The notes beneath the pieces are model-generated. The model saw only the letters and a program-made list of their open reading frames with translations, was not told the origin of the DNA and searched no databases. From NCBI RefSeq assembly GCF_009914755.1, contig NC_060948.1: 64,000 nucleotides of DNA; one strand, written 5' to 3'. Shown here one piece after another: positions 40,673 through 52,734 of the stretch (position 1 is its first letter; every line of letters starts with the position of its first letter). The DNA comes from the human T2T-CHM13v2.0 reference genome, Homo sapiens. The translations under genes were made by a program, and so were the position numbers.

Positions 40673-42200
40673 ATAAGACAACAGTTATCAGCACCTCAGA
40701 AACAGTATATAAAAGTATTAAAACAGTTGCTTACGGCTAGCGGGGCTTCAGTTTCCCAGGTTCAATTAATGAAATTAATATAAACTTTGGTCATATAATC
40801 CATGGTTCCCAGAAGAAGGAATGCTAGACGTAGAACTCTGGGAACAAGTAGGGAGAAATCTTAAACAATGTTATGCACAGGGTCGTCAGGTCCCAGCATC
40901 AGCTTTAACATGGCGGGCTTTACTAAGGATGGTTTAGTCCCATTATACACAGAAGAGCCTAAAAATGAGAAGGAGGGAGAAACATCACCTGCCTTATCAC
41001 CTCCTTTTCCCTCAGTCCCACTATCACCGGGCCAAAATAACAAAGAGTAAATGGAGGGTTTGCCTGAGCCCCGTCTTACTGTAAGTAGAAAAAAAGGCAA
41101 GAAACATACTTCAGCTATGGGACCTTGTCTTAAACAAGTGGCATTAGAAGGAGAGCTCTTAGCCTGTCCAGTAATGCAAGACCAACATGGTAATCAAGTA
41201 CATGAACCCATTTCCTTTCACTCTTATAAACAATGAAGAAAAAGCATTAAAGAAAATGGAGCCACTAGACCATTTACAAAAGGAATGATTGGGGCCTTAG
41301 CAGACCAATTCTGTGTGGGCCCATGGGACTGGTCAATGCTAGCTAAAGCAACTCTGGAGCCTAGCCCATTCCTCCTCTGGAAGGCAGGATATGGACGGCT
41401 TGTGCAAACAACAAGCCAACCAGAATCAGGCAGCCGGGCAAAATATAATAGCTGATAAGCTCCAAGGGAGGTGTCCTCATGCTGATGTATAAAAACAACT
41501 AAATTTTGATCCCCAGGCCTTTGCTGAAGTGTCTGTGTGCTCTCAGAGCTTGGGACCAAATTCCCAAGACCAGAGTTCAGCAGAGGTCTTTTGTAAATGT
41601 TTGACAAGGGACTTAGGAGCCATTTGTTGAGTTTATGGATCCGTTAACTCAGGCAATTAAGAGGCAAATTAGTCACACCCAGGCCACTCCTATCTTATTG
41701 CTGCAACTGGCTTTTGAAAACGCTAATGTGGATTGCCAGCAGGCAATGGCAGGCAATCAAAGGAAAGGCAAGCACCATCCAGGAGCTCATATAAGTGCCT
41801 CACCTGGTAGGAACTGAGACAAACAAGGCCAGAATATTAGCTATGTCATTAAGCCCTCCGAAAGTGAAAAGGGAGAGAAACCAAAATTGTTTTCTATGTG
41901 GAGTGAAAGGTCATGTGAAGAGGCAATGCCCCCCTAGTGATAACCGAGCTAACTCAGGGAAAGAACCCTCTTCTATATGTTCCGAATGTAGGAAATGGAA
42001 ACATTAGGCAAATCAATGCAGGTCTAAATTTGATAAAAATGGCAATCTCATAGGAAATCAGTCGAGAAACTTCATGAGGGGCCAGCCCCAAGCCCTGATC
42101 CCAACTGGGACAATGCCGACAGCTTTCCTTGGTCAGCTGGAAAGCCCACAGTTCTCTCTCTTAGAGCAGCCACTACTGGGAGTGCATGACTGGACTTTCT
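40673..42200 (+). pseudogene. gag: HML-5 gag remnant
   Basis: N-terminus (I)RQQLSAPQKQYIKVLKQLL, PWFPEEG and WEQVG matrix motifs, an MHR-like QG.*EPFVEF, and zinc knuckles CFLCGVKGHVKRQC and CSECRKWKH*ANQC. Confidence 0.9.
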
Positions 42201-43500
42201 CTGCCCTGCCAAATTAGTGCTAAAAGAGGGAGAAAGCCCTAAAATGGTTGAGACTGGGATCTGTGGCCCGCTGCCTCTAGGAACAGCAGGATTAGTCCTT
42301 GGGCAGCCTAGCCTATCCAGTAAAGGAATTAATATGCTCTCTGGGGTAATTGATAGTGATGACCAAGATCAGATATTGGTTATAATGGAATATAAAGGTC
42401 TGCATATTCTTCCCCCTGGATCAAAAATAGCTTAGTGAAAGACTTTACCATAGTGAGACCCTAATACCCATGGGAAGGAAAGGGGAAAGGGAAGTTTTGG
42501 AAGCACAGGAGCTACAGGAATATATTGGAATCAATTAATCACTGATCGGAGACCCATGATTACCTTAAAACTTGGTAATAATAATTTTACTGGCTTATTG
42601 GACACAGGGGTTGACATTTCAGTCATTAGTGATCAGAACTGGCCAGAAATTTGGACTTGGATCACTGAGAAATAGAAAATTGTCAGCATCGGGGAAGCAC
42701 ACACAGCCAAACAGAGCACACACCCCTGAACATGCTATGATTCAGAAGGAAGAAAGGCAGTTATACAACCTCTGATCACGCCCATTGTTATACCCAGATG
42801 AGTGAGAGAAAACGCCGCACTTTGAGATGAATTATTTAAGCCAGCGGCCAAAGAGATGGCTAATGCTCAAAATTCTCTCAGCCCCGAGGAATGGGCTTGA
42901 TTAACTTTTATACTTTGGTTTAGGAAGGGGAGGGGAACTCAAATGCAATAATTCTACAGAAGTAAAAACATGCAAGAATCAAAGAAACAAATGGTTACAG
43001 AGAGACAAACAATTTAAAAGACAAATGGTTACAAAAAAAGCAGTGTAACCAGGTGTGGGGCTCTAAATCCTTCATTAGAGTTAGATATAGATGTTATGCC
43101 AGGCATGGTCTCAAGGCTTTATGTTGTTATTTCTTTGAGTAAAATCCTGGGAACTTCTTACATTGTTTGTTTCAGTACCTTATCAGTTAATTGGGCTCCT
43201 TCCATATGCTGAGGATCTGCTTACACAGGTTAACTCCTTGAGGAAGGGGTTGGGTAAGGACCCCTTAATGTCTGGTAAATCAGGAAGCCACATGGAGTTT
43301 GTCTGGCTTTCCCAGACAAGAGGAAGTCTTACTTGTATGGGAAAAACAAGGCTGGGTAACTAAGGAGACAAGCAAGGAAAATTTAAAAGTAACGCATTAG
43401 AGTAAAAACAAGGTTAGGCACTACACCTATCCCTGTTAATCTCTGGGGATGGGAATTATTAGCGCAATTGTTGGGGGGCGGGGCACACTGCAAACCCCTT
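42200..43500 (+). pseudogene. pro: HML-5 dUTPase/protease remnant, split by a solo LTR
   Basis: GVIDSD and RGKGSFGSTG dUTPase motifs and the GLLDTGVDISVI active site. PLITP|IPVNLWG rejoins across the 42786-43425 insertion. Confidence 0.9.
42786..43425 (-). mobile_element. ERV1 solo LTR, LTR6-type, nested in HML-5 pro
   Basis: Reverse-complement homologue of 38501-39139 with TG...CA ends; flanks cccat / cctat. Confidence 0.85.
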
Positions 43501-45980
43501 TCTAACAATGACCACTGTGGTTATTCCTCCGCTACCTCTGACTTGGCTCTCTCAAGATCCGGTCTGCTTAGAAGAGTGGCCTCTGAAGGTAGAGAAACTA
43601 CAGAGGATTCATGTGTTAGTTGAGGAGCAGTTAAAGGCTGGACATCTTGAACATTCTACCAGCCCCAGGAATTTGCCTATTTTCATCATTGCCAAAAAGT
43701 CTGTGAAATGGAGGCTTTTACATGACTGATGTGCTATTAATGCTAATTTACAGCCCCTGGGACTCCTTCAAAGGGCCTCCCCTCCCCAGCAGCAATCCCT
43801 CAAGATTGACCTATAATTGTTATTGACTTAAAAGATTGCTTCTATACCATTTATCCGATGTCCACCCCTGTGTCCAATAAGCCAGTAAAACAGAACAGGA
43901 GAGAGAAAAATTTCCATTTACAAAACCAGCTATCAATAATGAAAATCCAGCTTGTCAATTTTATTAGAAAATGCTTCCTCAAAGGATGCTAAATAGTCCT
44001 ACCATGTGTCAGTTTCATGTAAATCAATCTTTGCTCTCTAGTAGAAAAGAATTTCCTGACTATAAAATTATTCATCCTATGGATGATATTCTACTAGTAG
44101 CTCCAAATGGGCCAACACTTTTAAATTTGTTTACTTCTGTCATAAAGAATGCACAGCTGAGAAGTTTAGTCATTGCACCTGGAAAAGTACAAATGTCCAA
44201 TGCTCTCTCCTTGGAAATAAATTGGATATCTGTTAACCTCCCAGTCAGTAAGACCTCAAAAGGTTAAACTAAATACTAGCAAATTACACACATTAAGTAA
44301 TTATCAGAAATTACTGGGTGATATTACCTGGCTCCATCCCATTTTAGGAATTCTTACTAATAAACTACAAAACCTTTTTTCTATCTTAAAAGGCAATCCA
44401 GCTCTTGATTCTTCCAGATATTTAATCCCTGCAGCAACAAGAGAAATTGAGGAAATGGAGCTAGCCATCTCTCAGAGGCAGCTAGATCATATTGATCTAT
44501 GATATTCAATTCAGTTGTTTGTATTTCCCAACAAACACTCCCCTACAGGGTTACTAGGACAAATGACCCCTGGGCTACATTTCCTAAAATGGGTTTTTTG
44601 TTCACATACTGGAAGTAAAACACTGTCTCTCTATATTCACTTAATTACTAAAGTCATCTATTCAGGTTGCAAACATTGCAGTCAGTTACTAGGTTATGAC
44701 CCTGATGTCATCAGGATTCCTTTAAGTAAAAAGCAATTTGAAGCAGTATTACCTTTGGCAATAGACCTGCAAATAGCTTTCTCTGATTACACAGGGCAAA
44801 TAGAGCACATCCTCCCTACTGATGAAGTCCTTCATTTCTTATCTCACACTCTGATAATAATGCCTATAAAAATAATTTACACCCCCATGCCTAATCCTTT
44901 AACACTGTTTACTGAGGGGTCTGCTAAACATGGAAAAGTGGCAGTCTGGAGGAGACCACACTATTCAATCACTTGAACTGGGTTTACTAGCATGCAGAGA
45001 GCTGCAACTGGGGCTCTGAGTTTGGTTGGCCTTAGAAACTTTTTCCACTCAGCCCATAAATATAGTTAGGTGATTCTGCATACTCTGTTTATTTGTTACA
45101 AAACTTTGAAACAGCACTGATTAAGTCCACTCTGGAGCCAGCTCTGTTTACTCTTTTTCTCTGACTTAAACAATTCTAGACTAATGTTCACATCCTATTT
45201 TTACTACACACATTCGAGCCCACAGCCCACTCCCTGGCCCATTGGCTTATGGCAACGAACAAGCAGACCTTCAGGTTATGACATCACTGCTAGACCAAGC
45301 CACCCAATCACATCAATTTTTCCACCAAAATTGGAGAAATTTATCTAAACCATTTTCAACTTACCCAGAGGCTAGCTAAACAAATTATCCTACAATGCCC
45401 AGATTTCCAGCGCACAGGCACGCCCCCTCCTTCTACAGGTGTGAACCCTACAGGATTCGAACCTAATCAGTTGTGGCAAACAGATGTTACAGACATCCCT
45501 GAATTTGGGAAACTAAGATATGTGCATATATCCATTGATACCAACAGTCATTTAATCAGTGCACATGCTTTGCCTGGAGAGCCTACTCAATATGTCATTA
45601 AACATCTTCTTTTAACTTTTGCATTTATGGGATGACCCACAAAAATGAACACTTTTAATGGTCCAGCTTATACCAGCTCACGATTTCAACAATTTTGTCA
45701 CAGGTGGAAACTCCAACATTCCACAGGCATCCCATATAACCCCCAAGGATAGGCAATAGTAGAACACAGACACTTCACCCTTAAAAATGTGCACTAATAA
45801 CAGAGACAGGGTAATATAAGTAAGCACGCTGCAACACTACTGGCACAGGCCTTATTTACCCTTAATGTTTTAAATTCAGATGACAAATTTCAATCAGTTG
45901 TAGAAAAGCACTTTGCTAAAACCTCTCAAGGCATAAAACCTGCAGTTTTATGGAAAGATGTAAACAGTAATGAATGGTGT

Positions 45981-47532
45981 TGAGAGGTGAGAGCGTGCTG
46001 GCAGTCCTCAGAGCCCTCGCTTGCTCTCGGCACCTCCCCTGCCTGGGCTCCCACTTTGGTGGCATTTGAGGAGCCCTTCAGTCCCCCACTTCACTGTGGG
46101 AGTCCCTTTCCAGGCTGGCCAAGGCCGGAGCCCACTACCTCAGCTTGCAGGGAGGTGTGGAGGGAGACGCACGAGCGGGAACCGGGGCTGTGTGCCGTGC
46201 TTGCGGGCCAGCTGGGGTTCCGGGTGGGCGTGGGCTTGGTGGGCCCCACACTCGGAGCAGCCGGCCAGCCCTGCTGGCCCCAGGCAATGGGGGACTTAGC
46301 ACCCGAGCCAGTGGCTGCGGAGGGTGTACTGAGTGCCCCAGCCGGGCTGGCTCACCGGCACTGCGCTTGATTTCTCGCCGGGCCTTACCTGCCTTCCCAT
46401 GGGGCAGGGCTCGGGACCTGCAGCCCGCCATGCCTGAGCCTCCCACCCACTCCATGGGCTCCTGTGCGGCCCGAGCCTCCCCGATGAGCACCACCCCCTG
46501 CTCCACGGCACCCAGTCCCATCGACCACCCAAGGGCTGAGGAATGTGAGCGCACGGCGCAGGACTGGCAGGCAGCTCCACCTGCAGCCCCGGTGTGGGAT
46601 CCACTAGGTGAAGCCAGCTGGGCTCCTGAGTCTGGTGGGGACATGGAGAGCCTTTATATCTAGCTCAGGGATTGTAAATACACCAATCAGCACCCTGTGT
46701 TTAGCTCAAGGTTTGTGAGTGCACCAATCAACACTCTGTATCTAGCTGCTCTGGTGAGGACGTGGAGAACCTTTATGTCTAGCTCAGGGATTGTAAATAC
46801 ACCAATCGGCACTCTGTATCTAGCTCTAGGATTGTAAATACACCAGTCAGCACCCTGTGTTTAGCTCAAGGTTTGTGAGTGCACCAGTCAACACTCTGTA
46901 TCTAGCTGCTCTGGTGGGGCCTTGGAGAACCTGTGTGACAAAACTCTGTATCTAACTAATCTGATGGGGACGTGGAGAACCTTTGTATCTAGCTCAGGGA
47001 TTGTAAAGGCACCAATCAGCACCCTGACAAAACAGGCCACTCGGCTCTACCAATCAGCAGGATGTGGGTGGGGCCAGATAAGAGAATAAAAGCAGGCTGC
47101 CTCCGGAGCCAGCATTGGCAACCTGCTCGGGTCCCCTTCCACACTGTGGAAGCTTTGTTCTTTCGCTCTTTGCAATAAATCTTGTTACTGCTCACTCTTT
47201 GTGTCCACGCTGCTTTTATGAGCTGTAACACTCACTGCGAAGATCTACAGCTTCACTCCTGAGCCTGGCAAGACCACGAGCCCACCGGGAGGAACCAACA
47301 ACTCCAGACGCGCTACCTTAAGAGCTGTAACACTCACCGTGAAGGTCTGCAGCTTCACGCCTGATCCAGCAAGATCACGAACCCACCAGAAGGAAGAAAC
47401 TCCGAACACATCTGAACATCAGAAGGGACAGACTCCAGACGCGCCACCTTAAGAGCTGCAACACTCACCGCGAGGGTCCGTGGCTTCATTCTTGAAGTCA
47501 GTGAGACCAAGAACCCACCAATTCTGGACACA
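45981..47532 (+). mobile_element. LTR12C (ERV9) solo LTR nested in the HML-5 integrase
   Basis: 'tgagaggtgagagcgtgctggcagtcctc'...'ccaattctggacaca', 1552 bp, perfect TSD gtgt/gtgt. Has a CpG-rich 5' part and U3/U5 tandem repeats. Confidence 0.96.
46640..47185 (+). promoter_or_regulatory. LTR12C U3 enhancer/promoter array
   Basis: Tandem 'tctagctcagggattgtaaatacaccaatcagcac' units with CCAAT boxes at ~46683, 46724, 46802, 47012 and 47050. Followed by GT-box/GATA 'gtgggtggggccagataag', an AATAAAA TATA-like element (~47085) and a polyA signal (~47174). Activity is unknown. Confidence 0.75.
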
Positions 47533-47639
47533 GTGTGGTCTTAATGAATTATTAACATGGGGGAGAGGGTAGGCTTGTGTTTACACCCCCTCAAGTCCTC
47601 TTTGGATTCCAGCACGAGGCATCAAACCATAACATGGCA

Positions 47640-49430
47640 TGGCTAGGGTCCAATCTAGTACCGGAATTGAAAGAGTTAACCCAGTAAGACCCACAGTTCC
47701 AGAGGAGGCTGAACAAATCCTGCTCCAGACACAGGCACCATTTACTCCAGTTATTTTGTTTCTTTCTATGCTATCTATTGTACAATGCGACTCACATAGG
47801 GTATTGATCATTTTTATACTCTCGCTTTGCCTGCAAACTGTACCTGCTACACTCTATTGGGCTCATTAAAATATGAGCCCTAAATATGAGCCTAAAATGG
47901 CCCACTTTTCTTTCACCCTGTCACCTGGGCAGATAACTCCCTTCCCACTCTGTAACAACATGACTGCTTGGCTAGGACGGATAGATTTACACCAAGTAGG
48001 GTCCCTCAATAATAACACACATTTCCCTAAGGTGCCAGATAACACTATATAGCACTACACTATCCTCTCACCGCTTCTAAGTTATAAAGGCTCTAACCCT
48101 TACTGTGTAACTGCTCCAAGACAAGTATGGGTACATCATGGCAAAAAAAGTGCCTTAACAGTTTTAGCTACAGATAACCTCAAACTGGGCAATGCAATCC
48201 ATGCTGCTTTCCCAAATATTCCTTTCCGTACTAAAGAACAGAGCCAAGAAAATAATGGATTTCACTTTAGCTGGGAAGTCTCATAGTCTCTGGTTGGGCA
48301 ATTAAAACATCTTAGAGTGGAGTCTCCATGGCCAACTGCAGGGCACGCTTACAAATGTCTTTCTGCATCGTAGCATTAACCACAATATTTTATAGCCATG
48401 TCTCGTTCCCCTGTAATTTGGGCCGATGGAGGGATGGGATATCCCCAGACCCTGAGTAAACCCCATACCAACCCAAGGCACCTTATGGCACCTGGGACAT
48501 CTTAGCACCTCTCTTAACACCTGCTATGGGAGATATCATAATTCCAGGCTCAACTACACTATAGCCTTTATTCATACTCACACTGATCAGTGCCTGGTTT
48601 GCACTACCCATCCATATGTTTTCCTTACAGGAACTAACATTTCCATTACACCTGGAAATGCCACATTTGTGACCCGGGTGCAGGGACAGGCTTGGTTTGC
48701 CTCATGTATCACTGGTCATGATATGTCTAGTTTAAAAACTTCCAGTGTCGTGGTATTAAGGAGACAATCTGAGGCACTTCTACCAGCCAATTTGACATGC
48801 AATTGGCAAGACTCTTCTGCCCTTGCCACCTTAGAAAGTGCCCTGTCCCAGGTCAGACACAAAAGATTCACATTTACACTTATGGTCTTTACAGGCTCAG
48901 CCATAGTCATTATGGCAACTGTTAGCATTGCTGTTGTATCTATTACTGAATCAGTACAAACAACTGCTTTTGTAGATAATCTGGCCAAAAATATATGTGA
49001 TGAACTTCTCCTACAGTAAGGAAAGAGTATGCGGGAGAGCCACAAGATGCACTAGCATTCTGTCAACAGTGAAAATGTGAATGGCAACATAAACATACCT
49101 GTGTCACTTCTCTACCATGGAACCAATTAATGTATAGCTAGGGTGAGGTGAAACAACACCTCTGGGGAACCTTTTATAACAGTTTAACTGCAGACATGAA
49201 GCAAGTTAAAACTAAAATTTTAAAATCTGTTCACACCACAGATCTGCACACCCAACAGCCATGTGGAAGGGAGTACAAGATCATCTCTCCTACTTGGACC
49301 CTAACTCCTGGGGGATACTCTTTGACTGGAAAAGATTTTTGCTAATTATGCTCATGTTTGTCTTATGTTATTTGCTAATCCTAGGATGCAAAGTCTAAAT
49401 AAGAGCAGTGACTGCCTCATCTGAAAATCC
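47640..49430 (+). pseudogene. env: HML-5 env remnant
   Basis: Hydrophobic signal ending ATLYWAH, furin site RHKR, fusion peptide FTFTLMVFTGSAIVIMATVSIAV, CEWQHKHTCVT motif, and a TM-like stretch at ~49340. Confidence 0.88.
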
Positions 49431-49495
49431 TGTGGCTGCACATATCTGTGCTCTGCAATCAAAAAACCCTAATAAAGAAAACAAAAATGGGGAAA

Positions 49496-50094
49496 TGTTG
49501 GGATTCACTCAGGATGGTGGCAGAAATAGTAAAGGGAAATATTAGGGGAAGTTCTAGGGAATAGTCACAAACCTTTCGTAAGGCCAAAAGGTTACCCAGC
49601 TTGTAATAATTGAACAGATTGAAGGCAGCTAGTTCTTACCTTGGAACATTATGTCATAGGGTAAATACAAGGGACAATTGAGGCTTCCCCAGTTAAGTCT
49701 GTTTATCCTACCTCCATTAACTAACCTTTGTACCAAATGGCCCTCTCAGGGGGAGGTGGACCAAGGATATTGTCCCCTAATGGTATTCACTTAGACTACA
49801 GTACCTGAGCTTTAATCATTCATAGAACTACTGTCTTAACCAAGTTCATTATCCTCAAGTGTAATTACTCAAAGCTTCTGTTGGTAATTGTATACTAAAT
49901 AAATGCCTGGAGTGCTAGCTGCTCAGGGTCTGCTGCAGTGACAAACCTGTCTTGGTGTGCAGGCAGTCAGACACAGCAGGACTAGCAAAACAGAATACCT
50001 GTGTGTCAGTGTACATTTTATTCATCTGTTGTTTGGGCCAGGGTCTGCAGGCAGACGCCCACAGCTAATGCCCTCTTGTGAGAGGCAACACCTG
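49496..50094 (+). mobile_element. 3' LTR, LTR22 family
   Basis: Preceded by polypurine tract 'aaaaatggggaaa'. Starts 'tgttgggattcactcaggatggtggcag', with AATAAA at ~49898. The 3' boundary is approximate. Confidence 0.85.
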
Positions 50095-50639
50095 TTAGAA
50101 AACTCAAACTACTGGTAGTTCTAGTCAGGGTAGTGGAGTTTGAGTCCTACTAAGATAGAGAGAGTAGACAAAAACCTTTGGCTTCCTATTGAAATTGCAG
50201 AAAGGATACACTTTAGGAAGAAAATCTGGATGCTAAGAATAAAGAGTTCACAATGAGAATAAGGATAAAATCCAAACAGTCTCATCCCAGTAAAGAATAA
50301 GACAAAGGTTCTACAACATCAATATCACTAGCCAACAATTTCTGATAGAGCAAATGCCAACCTTCTTCAGAGAAAGAAAACAAATCCCTTATCTAAACAT
50401 GCAACTGCAGTTCACAGAAAAATGTTATTACATGTATAAAGAAACAGGAGCATATTGACATAGGAGAGATAAATAAGAAATCAGACTCTTGCATGACCCA
50501 AATGTTGGAATTCACACACAAGGGCCTTAAAACATTTCTTAAAATTGTGTTCAAGGACTTAAAAGAAAAGATAAAAAGGCTGTATCAGCAGAGATAATTC
50601 AATATCTGAGAAATTTCAAAAGTAGATGTTTTTAGTAAG

Positions 50640-50832
50640 ACTTGGAGAAGGCAATAAGGTCAGTGTTCAAGAATGTGGTGGGCAGTATGACTTCTAGATG
50701 CTAGAAAAAAAAAAAAGGGAATGGACTCTCTCGTAGAGACTCTAGAAGAAATGCAGCCATGCCTACACTTTGATTATAGTTTGCTGAACCCATTTCACAA
50801 TTCTGATGTCCAGAGCTGTGAGAAAATAAAGC
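50640..50832 (+). mobile_element. MaLR LTR fragment (MLT1C/D-like)
   Basis: 'ttctagatgctagaaaa..gggaatggactctctcgtagagactctagaagaaatgcagcc...ccagagctgtgagaaaataaa'. Confidence 0.75.
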
Positions 50833-50999
50833 GTAATCTAAGACCTGAAAAGAAGAAAGTGTCAGCTCTGAGAAGACTAACAGAAAACAGTATGGGAAAA
50901 AGCAAAGGGAGAAAGCTCTGAACCAAGACAGAACTTGAAAATATGGGCAACTTGAATAAAATACTATTTACTCTGGAATAAGGGGTGGGCCTGAGATAT

Positions 51000-51430
51000 G
51001 AGGCTAGAGCACTGGACATGAGCCTCATCTTGGATGCTGGTAAAGCGAGTAGTTTCTTTCTGCGACATATCCTCCACAAACATCCCTTAAGAAGAATGAC
51101 TTAATATAAGATATATATTTTTAAAAGGGAATATTACAGAGAATAAATATAAGAAGGCAAAAGTAAGAAAGTGTTAATTTTAGGGAAGCTATTGCAGTAG
51201 ATGAAGCAAAATATAATGGTGGCTTGGATTTACAGTGGATATTGAGAGCAGAATATAGTCTGACTGGGAATATTCTGAAACTAAGTTTAGCAGACTTAAT
51301 TATGGATTTGATGTAAAGTTTTAAGGAAGGAAGAAATTGAGGATAAATCTTTGGTGTTTTGTCTTGAGTGGTTGATAGTGGCGTTTGGATATTTAGCAGT
51401 GCATGCCACTATTAGTAAAAGACTCAGTTG
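51000..51430 (-). mobile_element. L2 fragment
   Basis: 'ggaagctattgcagta...ataatggtggcttgga...cagacttaattatggatttgatgt' is typical antisense L2. Confidence 0.65.
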
Positions 51431-51524
51431 GAAACAGATGCTGCTACTGCCTGAATGCAAAGCTCTTGTTTTTTACTACAGTAAGCTGAAAAATCATCCC
51501 TACTTGGTCCCAGGTTTTCTCTAC

Positions 51525-51556
<32 letters not shown>

Positions 51557-52734
51557 GTGAAACTGGTACGATTTTTCTCACCTTTGTGATTCTCTGAGAT
51601 ATATGGCTTTTACTCAATTCCTTGGTCTGCACATCAAAAAACATGAACTGAATTAATCTATATCCAATTTGTTACACAAATTTATTCATCTGAAAAATTC
51701 AACATTTACACACACATTTACATACACACAGTCAAGAAATAATGAGATAAATTGGAAAGTATATGAATTGGAACCACAAATAGAATAGTTTTTGAGTCGT
51801 GGCACTAGCACTTTCTGATATGTGTCATTATATATGTCATTTAACCTTTATGAAACTCAATTTTTTATAAGTAAAAACATATATTAATACTCACAATATT
51901 GTTGTAAGCATACCAATGAAATTACTTTTTACTGTAAAATTAAAAACTAGAAGTGCTTGTTGGTTTCTCAGTGCTCTTACAAAAAATTAATCATTGTAAC
52001 ATTTGAAAATAAGTAGATGTGTGGAAAATAAATTAATAAACTTCTTTTCTTCTTCCAATTTCAAATATAAGCACCAACAGCAGTTTGGCAATAATTTTCA
52101 CGAAGTTAATTTTGCATATAAAACATTTGCAAAGATTATGTTCATGTTTATGAAAGTGAAACTGCTATACATACATCCATGTACACACACAATACATGCA
52201 TATTGTATAATTCGCTTTTGCTAAAATATATATTTTAGATTTTCTTCCAAAGGAACACATATATCAATCTTATTTGCATTAATAGTTACATAATAATCAA
52301 TATTATATTTATACCAAGGTTTCAATGGATGTACCATTTAATCTTTCTAATTTTGAGAAAAATTCTATAATTCCAAATCTTTAGTATTAATAACAATGAT
52401 ACAATAAACATGATGGCATATTTATCTTTTAATCCTGGTAATTTTATTTGTATTTAATAAGTGGTACAAAATGTGAAAACTGGGCCAAGTGCTGTAAGTA
52501 CCATGTATTGAAATTATTTAAATACTAAATTTATGTAATATTAAATAAAATTATAACTATTTAAATACCAAATTACTTTCCGAAAACCTTGTAGTAATCA
52601 CATTCCTTCTAGAACCTACAATTTCATCAACAGTGGATGCTACTATTAGTTTTTATTTTTGTAAACTAATGAATGTATTATCTATTATCTTAACTTCATT
52701 TTTTTTAATTTGAGAACTAGAAATTCTGTTTTAT

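Larger units (their letters stand above)
43508..47640 (+). pseudogene. pol: HML-5 pol remnant (RT-RNase H-IN), split by LTR12C
   Basis: KWRLLHD, IDLKDCFYTI, LPQRMLNSPTMCQ, HPMDDILL (YMDD mutated), [25 protein letters not shown], and TWGRG*ACV. Confidence 0.93.
40551..50094 (+). mobile_element. Defective HERV-K(HML-5)/HERVK22 provirus, 5' LTR and PBS deleted
   Basis: Betaretroviral order leader-gag-dUTPase/pro-pol-env-PPT-LTR with an LTR22-type 3' LTR. All genes are broken by stops and frameshifts. Confidence 0.9.

Noticed and set aside
45987-46663. Several 90-170-aa ORFs and a CpG island suggesting a gene 5' end
   Set aside because: All lie within the GC-rich U3 of LTR12C.
46640-47480. CRISPR-like regularly repeated units
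   Set aside because: These are the known LTR12 U3/U5 tandem repeats without unique spacers. The DNA is eukaryotic and has no cas genes.
40673-49430. Domesticated or coding-competent retroviral gene
   Set aside because: Gag start is lost, YMDD is mutated to PMDD, and every gene has stops or frameshifts. The longest pieces are ~150 aa.
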